From Isurus oxyrinchus (lineage: Eukaryota): DNA of 64,000 bases. Each line of letters begins with the position of its first letter. Within the stretch, counting starts at the first letter, position 1. The DNA is taken from assembly GCA_026770705.1 (NCBI GenBank), contig JANJGN010000016.1:86986001-87050000 (forward strand), written 5' to 3'. This document shows, piece by piece, positions 13,372 through 22,234 of the stretch. The notes beneath the pieces were generated by a model that was not told the DNA's origin, did not search any database, and was given only the letters and a program-made list of their open reading frames with translations. The translations under genes and the position numbers were made by a program.

Positions 13372-14760
13372 CCTTAAAGGATGGAAGTGATGTGGAGAAG
13401 GGGAGAGTTTGAGGGAGAGAATTCCAGAGTGAGGGGCCGAGGGAACTGAAGTACGGCCATGAATGGGGGATGGACGATGATTAGGAATGTACAAGAGAGC
13501 AGAATTAGAGATGCACAGATCTCTCGGAGGGTTGTAGGGCTGGTGGAGATTACAGAGATAGGGAGGGGCGAGGCAATGGAGTGATTGGAAAATATGAATG
13601 TGAATTTTAAAATCAGAATGTTGCTTGACCAGGAAACAATGTCGGTCAGTGAGCACAGGGGTGACAGGGGAACGGGACTCTCTGTGAGTTAGGACACGGG
13701 CAGCAGAGTTTTGGATGACCCCACGATTGTGGAGGGTAGAATGTGGGAGAGCAGCCAGGAGTGTATTGGAATAGTCACATCCAGAGGTAACCAAGGCATG
13801 GGTGAGGGCTTCAGCAGCTGATGAGCTGAGACTGGGGTGAAGTCGAGCGATGTTATGGAGGTGGAAATAGGCTGTCTTAGTGATGACACGAATATGAGGT
13901 CGGAAGCTCATCTCAGGGTCAGATGTGACCCCAAGGTTGTGAACAGACGGGTTTAATCTCAGACTGTTACCGGGGAGAGGGATGGAGTCAGGAGTTAGAG
14001 AACAGAGTTTGGAGTGGGGACTGAAAACAATGGCTTCAGCCTTCCCAATATTTAATTGGAGGAATTCCTGTTCACACAGTACAGGATGTGGGATAAGCAG
14101 TCTGATAATTTAGCAACAGTGGAGGAGTTGAGAGAGGTGGTGGTGAGGTCGAGCTGGGGGTCTTCAGCGTACATGTGAAAACTAACGCTATGCTTTCAGA
14201 TGATGTGTCTGAGGGGCAGCATGTAGGTGAGAAATAGGAGGGGCCAAGGATCGATCCTTGGGGGACACCAGAGGGAACGGAGCAGGGACAGTTTTAGCAG
14301 ATGAGAGGAGGAGCCGGGAGTGTTTGGAGCGTCCAGCCAGATCTGGCGGTGATGGATAAACCGGTTTCAAGTCTGCCTCCCTTGGATTGAGTGAGTGGAG
14401 ATGAGGGTGGTAGCAGGGGGAAGGGCCAGGGTGAGGGAGAGGAATGGTTTTATTGGGGACTAGGATATGAAAGGTGGAGGTGAGGGTGAGGTTGTGTAAA
14501 TCAGTAGCTGCAGAAATGTTGTGGTGATCGGAGGGCCAGAGACCAGATCGTTGGGATTGTGAAAGTGCAGTTGGAAGTGAATTGGGGAATAGGTTTTTCC
14601 AGGGATGGATACAGAAGGGGGTAGGGTTGGGCTGTGGAAGGGGGATGTGGGTGGGGAGTGATACAAGGAAGTGATCAGAGATGGTCTTATCTGTGATTGA
14701 AACTATGGGAGTAGCGAGACCACGTGAGATGGGAAGGTCACGGGGAGGTCGTGAATATGG
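13372..14760 (-). mobile_element. L2-clade LINE fragment (RT C-terminal region plus upstream remnants)
   Basis: ORF 13363..13911 MSFRPHIRVITKTAYFHLHNIARLHPSLSSSAAEALTHALVTSGCDYSN, typical of the L2 ORF2 C-terminus. Confidence 0.75.
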
Positions 14761-15032
14761 TTTGGGGAATTGTGGTTGTGATGACTTTTTCCCAGCAATT
14801 ACCAGATTCTTTTCTGTTTTTAATCTTGTAAATTCAAGAGATTCAGGATAAAACTGATCATTTTAAAATGATTAATAATTGTCTTTGAATCAAATCTTCT
14901 GTTGATGTGTCATTGATTGACAGGCCAACCAGCCAATCAGGACAATCACTTGCTGAAATGCAGCCAATCAGCTGATGGGGAGGTGGGACATTTCCAAAGC
15001 ACTCACCAGACAGAGACTGAATATTCTTAATG

Positions 15033-15133
15033 TTTATTACCTTTTACACATTGACCTTTACAGAAAAAAGACTTGAATAAACAGCCCAGCCAGAGGGAGC
15101 TGGAGAAATTCACAGGGAGAATGGAGGTTTATT
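15033..15133 (-). terminator. Two AATAAA polyadenylation signals of cluster 1
   Basis: TTTATT on + at 15128-15133 and 15033-15038; both conserved in cluster 2. Confidence 0.7.
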
Positions 15134-15341
15134 AAAACGCTTGTGGAGATTTTCTCCAGAACATGAGAATCCTGTCCCTTTAAACAGTGACTAAACCTTA
15201 AATTGTAACTGCAGGGTGAGCAGGAAGGGGTCTGGTTTACTGAAGCAGACACTTCGGAGGGTCACATTATTTTTGTACAGCTGACAGTCTTCAGCATCTT
15301 AGAGAGGTTTAACTTAGCATCACGAGATTAAACTGACCCAT

Positions 15342-15592
15342 CAAACACTCCCAGGACAGGTGCTGCAGGGGGCTAGATACAGAGTAAAGGTCCCTCTACA
15401 CTGTCCCCATCAAACACTCCCAGGACAGGTACTGCACGGGGTTAGATACAGAATAAAGGTCCCTCTACACAGTCCCCATCAAACACTCCCAGCACAGGTA
15501 CAGCACGGGGTTAGATACAGAGTAAAGCTCCCTCTACACTGCCCCATCAAAAACTCCCAGGACAGGTACAGCACAGTGTTAGATACAGAATG
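15342..15592. repeat. About 69-bp minisatellite (about 3.6 units) in the predicted 3' UTR of cluster 1
   Basis: CAAACACTCCCAGGACAGGTACAGCACGGGGTTAGATACAGAGTAAAG... recurs at 15342, 15411, 15480 and 15548. Confidence 0.9.
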
Positions 15593-15769
15593 AACCTCAC
15601 TGTACACTGCACCAATAACGTGCGTTAACCCCTGACCCTCAGAAGTGTCTCAGAGCCGGTCCTGAGAAGGAAGAGAATTGTAATTTGGTGCTGACAATGA
15701 CCTTTGCCCTCCCAGCTCACCCCTGTTCTATTTAAAGTTGTGTCTCCTCTGTGGACTGTCTCTAACACT

Positions 15770-16098
15770 CTACGCACATTCTGATCTCCTGATGCTCTTG
15801 CTGAGGGGAGAGGAAAGACTCTCGTGGGTGACGACACAGGAGAAGCTGGCGTTGGACTCCCAGCCGGAGCCAGAGAGGGTCAGCAGGCTGCTGACGCTGT
15901 AGGTGCTGTCTGAAGCTCGCAGGTAGTTGCTGGTCTGAACCCCGTCCGAAATGGCTGCACCGTCCTTCTTCCACTCCACCTTCACCTCATCGGGATAGAA
16001 GTGATTGGCAAGGCACACCAGGGTGGCAGTGCCCTTGGTCTTGACCTCCTCTGGGGAGGGGGGCAGCAGGGTCACTGTGGGTGGTGACTTCTCTCTGC
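15770..16098 (-). CDS. IGKC: Ig light chain constant exon, kappa (NS4/type III-like), cluster 1
   Basis: Acceptor TTTCAG, then (S)REKSPPTVTLLPPSPEEVKTKGTATLVCLANHFYPDEVKVEWKKDG...DSTYSVSSLLTLS...FSCVVTHESLSSPLSKSIRRSECA*; C1-set Cys/Trp/Cys and penultimate interchain Cys. Confidence 0.96.
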
Positions 16099-16459
16099 CT
16101 GAAATGGAAGAGAAGGAAGTTTATTTCCCGTGTGCAGCCATTATGGTTTTATTTAGTGTTCGTTGTATCTTTAAGATTAATACCTGTTAGGTGAGATCAC
16201 ATGATCTGTAGTAACCAATAGGAGAGCAGCATGGGCTCCCTCAGCAGTCAGTGCAGAGATAGAGTTGGAGTTGAAAGCAGGCGGGTAGTTGCTGCTGAGC
16301 ATATTGTGAATAAACTTAATGTTCCCACCCAGTAAGTGTCTGTATATCAACTCTATCAATAATAGCAGCCACTCGGCCACCCTTACAACACTGTGTATTT
16401 ATCTTTTGTGTGTGTATATTTGTGTGTTCTGTGTATATTCCTGTGGTTCTGTGTCTTTC

Positions 16460-17050
16460 AGAATGAAGAGTCAGCATGGATTTTAAAAGGGAAAATTTTA
16501 CTTGAACGACCTTCTTGAATTTTTGAGGAGGTAACAGAGAGAGTAGACACTGGTAATGTCATAGATGTCATTTATCTGGATTTGCAAAAGGCCTTTGATT
16601 AGATGCCCCAGAATAGACGAATGAATAAGGTCAGAGAATGTGGATTCAGGGGACAAGTGACAGAATGGATTGTTCCAAGACAGAAGGCAGAGACTGGGGG
16701 TAGAGGGTTGTTATTCAGAGTGGCAGAAGGTGGGAAGTGGAGTTCCACAAGGATCAGCGCTGGGATCACTGCTGTTCACAATTTACATTAAACATTTATC
16801 GTTTGGAATCCAAATTCCAATGTCTAACTTTGAGGATGAGATGAAATTGGGTGTGTGGGGTCAGTCAATACCGAGGAGAGCTGTATCAAAGAGCAGGTGG
16901 GCATTAATACACTTGCAGAATGGGGAAATAATTGGTGAATGAAGTTCAATCCAGATAAATGTGAGGTAGTCCGATTGATAGGAGGAATTGTGAGGTTCCT
17001 CATCATTTGGAAAGTGCAAGTCCAGACAAGATGATCAACTCTTGGGGAAT
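16460..17050 (+). mobile_element. Decayed CR1 RT fragment in the J-C intron of cluster 1
   Basis: SGVPQGSALGSLLFTIYI motif, IYLDLQKAFD-like upstream sequence and KFNPDKCEV. Confidence 0.75.
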
Positions 17051-17497
17051 AAGTCAGGAACACATTGGCATGGGGGTCTGTATGACCGGGGGGGAGGTGG
17101 GACACTGGGAAGACTGTGAAAACAAGCAGTGGGTAGGATGTGAATACTGCACATGCACAAAAACGTTAGTTCAGAAAAATGGGAGTAAGGCCAGGCCGAC
17201 AGCTCCAATCCGGGATACGGAAAGTCTGCCTCACTTGTGGGACTGTCCCATAAAATCCGGGACATCTCATCACCCAGAGTCTGGGGGGGATAGAGGAAAA
17301 AAGGCATCTCGGAAAACAAATATATATCACCCGGAGTCTGGGCTGGAAAGAGGAACAAAGGGATTTTGGAATACAAATACATCAATAACCCAGACCCTGG
17401 GTGGAATAGTGATCTGGGAATACAAATACTTCAACCACCCAGAGTCCCGGGATATAAATATAACAATCAGTAAGGGCAGGATTTTTACCTTGTGTAG

Positions 17498-17800
17498 GTG
17501 CACAAATACAAATACAAATACACACACAAATATACACTGAGCACACAAATATACACAGAATGCACAAATATACACACAGCACACAAATATACACAGAACT
17601 CACAAAGATACACAGATACACAAATATATACAGTGCACTCAAATATATACAGTCAGATATACATAGAGCAAACAAATATAGACAGTCACAAAAATATACA
17701 CTGGTACACAAATAAACACAGAGCACTCAAATACACACGGAGCACAAAAATACACAGACAGAAAACACAAATATAAACAGAACACACAAATACACAAATG
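17498..17800. repeat. Low-complexity (CACAAATATA-like) repeat
   Basis: Degenerate A/C-rich tandem repeats. Confidence 0.8.
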
Positions 17801-17914
17801 TACAGAGGCGATTGGAGAACAGGATTGGGTGGGAGTTAGGACAGGGGCAGTTTGGGATGTGAACAATGGGTGAGGGTCAGAGTCAGGAATCTCCAATCTC
17901 AATGGAAGAATTAC

Positions 17915-18162
17915 ATTGCTATAGCCACTGTCATCACTTCAGTGTGTCCCTAACTGCATGATAGCCATGCACAGCAAGATCCCAGACAGAAGAATGATAA
18001 TGAGATAATCAGATGTACAATGATGTTGATTGAGGGATAAATATTGACCAGGACACTGGGGAGAAATCCCCTGCTTGTCTTCCAAGAGTATCATAAGACC
18101 TTTTACATCCCTCTGAGATGTCAGACCTCAGTTTGTCTCATCTGAAAGACGGCTCCTCTGAC
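17915..18162 (-). mobile_element. Truncated Deu-domain SINE (SacSINE1-like) in the J-C intron of cluster 1
   Basis: Minus strand GTCTTTCAGATGAGACAAACTGAGGTC...GCAGGGGATTTCTCCCCAGTGTCCTGGTCAATATTTATCCCTCAA resembles the Deu-SINE core (from recall); paralogous copy at about 60005-60330. Confidence 0.6.
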
Positions 18163-18607
18163 AAATAACCAGGGAGTGGAGAGAGCAGAGTTCAAGCTGG
18201 GGGAGGTGGGACCTCGGTGTCTCACTGTGCTGGTGCTGTGATCAGTTATATCAGAGACTGTGAGAGGGAGCCGGAGCTCATATCAAACTCTGCCCGTGTC
18301 TGTCACACTGAGACTGACAGGAGTCTAGTGAGTGATTTCAGTCCATGGTGCAGCAATGTCAGCACAGTCTGCAAACATCCAGATCTCCTCTAGACGGTGG
18401 GTAAAAGTTGGTTATTTCTATCTTGCTGCTTAAAGGGGGGAATGTAATGAAAGAAATACAGCTGGGCACCCTGTTATACACAGTGTTGTTCACTGAACCA
18501 TTTCATTCACTGCAGCTCCTCACTAACACCTTCAACTATTCAGCATTAGTGTTTGAGAAAGTTTCAGTATTGAAAGGGTTAATAAGGGAGGATTGGGGTT
18601 TACTTAC

Positions 18608-18642
18608 TCAGTCTGAGTTTGGTTCCTTTACCGAACGTAACC
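18608..18642 (-). CDS. IGKJ: Ig light chain J segment, cluster 1 (VTFGKGTKLRL)
   Basis: FGxG motif; phase-1 donor A|GTAAGT at 18607-18602; splices in frame to C (A+GC=Ser). Confidence 0.95.
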
Positions 18643-18681
18643 CACACTGAGATCTTCCAGTGCAGGGGCTGTACAAAAACC
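18643..18681 (+). other. 23-RSS of J, cluster 1
   Basis: Heptamer CACACTG 18643-18649, 23-nt spacer, nonamer ACAAAAACC 18673-18681. Confidence 0.96.
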
Positions 18682-18696
18682 TCAGCTCTCTGCTTC

Positions 18697-19690
18697 ACTC
18701 AGTCACTCTCACCCTCTCTCTGTATCCCACTCACACTCACCTTTAACTCACTCTCACCCTCTCTCTGTCTCTCACTCACACTCACCTTTAACTCACTCTC
18801 ACCCTCTCTCTGTCCCTCACTCACACTCAACTTTAACTCACTCTCACCCTCTCTCTGTCTCTCACTCACACTCACCTTTAACTCACTCTCACCCTCTCTC
18901 TGTCTCTCACTCACACTCACCTTTAACTCACTCTCACCCTCTCTCTGTCTCTCACTCACACTCACCTTTAACTCACTCTCACCCTCTCTCTGTCTCTCAC
19001 TCACACTCACCTTTAACTCACTCTCACCCTCTCTCTGTCCCTCACTCACACTCAACTTTAACTCACTCTCACCCTCTCTCTGTCTCTCACTCACACTCAC
19101 CTTTAACTCACTCTCACCCTCTCTGTCTCTCACTCACACTCACCTTTAACTCACTCTCACCCTCTGTCTCTCACTCACACTCACCTTTAACTCACTCTCA
19201 TCCTCTGTCTCTCACTCACACTCACCTTTAACTCACTCTCACCCTCTCTCTGTCTCTCACTCACACTCACCTTTAACTCACTCTCACCCTCTCTCTGTCT
19301 CTCACTCACACTCACCTTTAACTCACTCACACCCTCTCTCTGTCTCTCACTCACACTCACCTTTAACTCACTCGCACCCTCTGTCTCTCACTCACACTCA
19401 CCTTTAACTCACTCTCACCCTCTGTCTCTCACTCACACTCACCTTTAACTCACTCTCACCCTCTGTCTCTCACTCACACTCACCTTTAACTCACTCTCAC
19501 CCTCTCTCTGTCTCTCACTCACACTCACCTTTAACTCACTCTCACCCTCTCTCTGTCTCTCACTCACACTCACCTTTAACTCACTCTCACCCTCTCTCTG
19601 TCTCTCACTCACACTCACCTTTAACTCACTCTCACCCTCTCTCTGTCTCTCACTCACACTCACCTTTAACTCACTCTCACCCTCTCTTTG
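18697..19690. repeat. 45-bp pyrimidine-rich minisatellite (about 22 units) next to the J RSS
   Basis: Unit CTCACTCTCACCCTCTCTCTGTCTCTCACTCACACTCACCTTTAA. Confidence 0.95.
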
Positions 19691-19944
19691 TCTCTGTGCC
19701 TCTCTCACTCACTCAAATCTTTCTTTTTCTCTCTCTCTGTCTCTCAAAGTCCCTGTGTTTTGTTGGGAGAGTTGAGATTTCCAATTTTACATGCTAGATC
19801 TTCCAGCTGTACTTCAAATGTGCACAGGTAGAATTGAGGCCGTCAGTGAGTGGTGGACACCACAGGGACTGGAGTGTGTAGTGGACAGTGAAAATAATTT
19901 GTTCAGTTTCCTTTCTTGTGTTTATTATATATTCTGTCTAACCG

Positions 19945-21312
19945 TGTCAATGCAGCAGATGGGACTATGTGTCCATTATAATATATTCCATGTAACTGTG
20001 GGATGTGTCAGTACAGGAGGTGGTGCTGTGTGTCCATTATTATATATTCTATATAACTGTCGGGTGTGTCAGTACAGGAGGTGGGACTGTGTGTCCATTA
20101 TCATATATTCTATATAACTGTGGGATGTGTCAGTACAGGAGGTGGGACTGTGTGTCCATTATTTTATATTCTATATAACAGTGGGATGTGTCAGTACAGG
20201 AGGTGGGACTGAGTGTCCATTATTATATATTCTATATAACTGTGGGATGTGTCAGGACAGGAGGTGGGACTGTGTGTCCAGTTTATATATTATATCTAAC
20301 TGTGGGATGTGTCAGCACAGGAGGTGGTGCTGTGTATCCATTATTATATATTATATATAACTGTGGGATGTGTCAGTACAGGAGGTGGGACTGAGTGTCC
20401 ATTATTATATATTCTATATAACTGTGGGATGTGTCAGGACAGGAGGTGGGACTGTGTGTCCAGTTTATATATTATATCTAACTGTGGGATGTGTCAGTAC
20501 AGGAGGTGGTGCTGTGTGTCCATTATTATATATTCTATATAACTGTGGGATGTGTCAGTACAGGAGGTGGGACTGTGTATCCATTATTATATATTATATA
20601 TAACTGTGGGATGTGTCAGTACAGGAGATGGTACTGCCTGTCCTTTATTATATATTATATATAACTGTGGGATGTGTCAGTACAGGAGGTGATGCTGTGT
20701 GTCCATTATTATATATTCTATATAACTGTCGGGTGTGTCAGTACAGGAGGTGGGACTGTGCGTCCATTATTATATATTCTATATAACTGTGGGATGTGTC
20801 AGTACAGGAGGTGGATCTGTGTGTTCATTATTATATATTATATATAACTGTGGGATGTGTCAGTACAGGAGGTGGGACTGTGTGTCCATTATTATATATT
20901 ATATATAACTGTGGGATGTGTCAGTACCGGAGGTGGGACTGTGTGTCCATTATTATATATTCTATATAACTGTGGGATGTGTCAGTACAGGAGGTGGTGC
21001 TCTGTGTCCATTATTATATATTCTATATAACTGTGGGATGTGTCAGTACAGGAGGTGGGACTGTGTGTCCATTATTATATATTCTATATAACTGTGGGAT
21101 GTGTCAGTACAGGAGGTGGTGCTGTGTGTCCATTATTATATATTCTATATAACTGTGGGAAGTGTCAGTACCGGAGGTGGGACTGTGTGTCCATTATTAT
21201 ATATTCTATATAACTGTGGGATGTGTCAGTACCGGAGGTGGGACTGTGTGTCCATTATTATATATTCTATATAACTGTGGGATGTGTCAGTACAGGAGGT
21301 GGTGCTGTGTGT
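19945..21312. repeat. 61-bp minisatellite (about 22 units) next to the V RSS
   Basis: Unit ATATAACTGTGGGATGTGTCAGTACAGGAGGTGGGACTGTGTGTCCATTATTATATATTCT. Confidence 0.95.
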
Positions 21313-21317
21313 ATTGA

Positions 21318-21345
21318 GGTTTTTGTCAGGCTCTGTATCACTGTG
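21318..21345 (-). other. 12-RSS of V, cluster 1 (canonical)
   Basis: Minus strand CACAGTG-ATACAGAGCCTG-ACAAAAACC; the V12/J23 configuration is kappa-like. Confidence 0.97.
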
Positions 21346-21640
21346 TAGGGGGAGCTTTGCCACTGCTGACAGTAATAATCAGCGACATCCTCATTCTGTA
21401 CATTGCTGATTGTCAGGGTGAATTGAGTGCCAGATCCACTGCCGGTGAATCGCTCGGATGTTCCTGTGAATCGGTTTTTAGCCCAATAGATCAGGAGAGT
21501 AGGTTTCTGTCCTTCTCGCTGCTGGTACCAACTCAGTTCATTACTAACAGACTGACTGGCCGTACAGGTGATGGTGGCGGTCTGGCCCAGGCTCACTGAC
21601 ACCGGGGGAGACTGGGTCATGGTGATGTCCCCACTGATAC
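21346..21640 (-). CDS. IGKV: Ig kappa-type V exon, cluster 1 (unrearranged)
   Basis: CAG acceptor, then (G)[97 protein letters not shown]; open frame ending at the RSS. Confidence 0.97.
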
Positions 21641-21826
21641 CTGAGGGGTAATAGAGAAACAGAGTGAAGTAAGAACTGTCACACAAAGAGCCTGTAAAAT
21701 GAGATATTGTTAGAGACAGTGACCGTTCCTCTGCTTTCAGCATTTTCCCGTTAATCACAAATCAGTCGAATTGGCTGGAAATGGAGAGCAGGAAAATATT
21801 CACGGTGGAAGGAGAGAGATTTGTAC

Positions 21827-21875
21827 CTGCGATGCAGAATGCCAGAGGCCAGATCAGCTGGATGGCTGAAATCAT
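21827..21875 (-). CDS. Leader exon, cluster 1 (MISAIQLIWPLAFCIA-G)
   Basis: ACCATG start, hydrophobic signal peptide, phase-1 GT donor, 186-nt intron to V. Confidence 0.92.
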
Positions 21876-21935
21876 GGTGTCTGCTCCTGTCCCTGTGCCT
21901 GGTCACTGATAAACTCTCCCTTCACTGGGCTCAGC

Positions 21936-22015
21936 TTTATACAGCTGCAGCCTGTCAGAGTCTCACTGGCTGTTCCTCAGTATGTAAATGGTATCACCCA
22001 GAGAGAACCACGTCA
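21936..22015 (-). promoter_or_regulatory. V promoter, cluster 1: TATAAA, variant octamer ATTTACAT, TGACGTGG
   Basis: Minus-strand TATAAA 21941-21936, ATTTACAT 21989-21982, TGACGTGG 22015-22008; same motifs and spacing in cluster 2. Confidence 0.75.
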
Positions 22016-22234
22016 GCACCTCTCACTTCCTCTCCATCTTTCTCTCTCCCTCTATTTGCCTCTGTTTCACAGTCTCTCTCTCTCCTCTCTCCCTCTCTCT
22101 GTATGCCTACTTATCTCTCTCTCCCTTTCTCTCCCTCCCTTTCTCTCCTCTCTCAATCTCTGTCTCTGCCCCCCATACTCCATCGTTATGGAATTTTCTA
22201 AGTGATCTCTATAAGAGGCGTAATTCCTGGATGT

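Noticed and set aside
21267-21758. 163-aa ORFs (also 57546-58037) as single-exon or germline-joined VJ genes
   Set aside because: They read through the leader intron and the RSS; intact RSSs and separate J segments show the genes are unrearranged.
15770-21875. Lambda, sigma or TCR identity of the clusters
   Set aside because: V12/J23 RSS arrangement, [16 protein letters not shown] framework, absence of D segments and a secreted-type C ending SECA* fit kappa (NS4-type) light chain.
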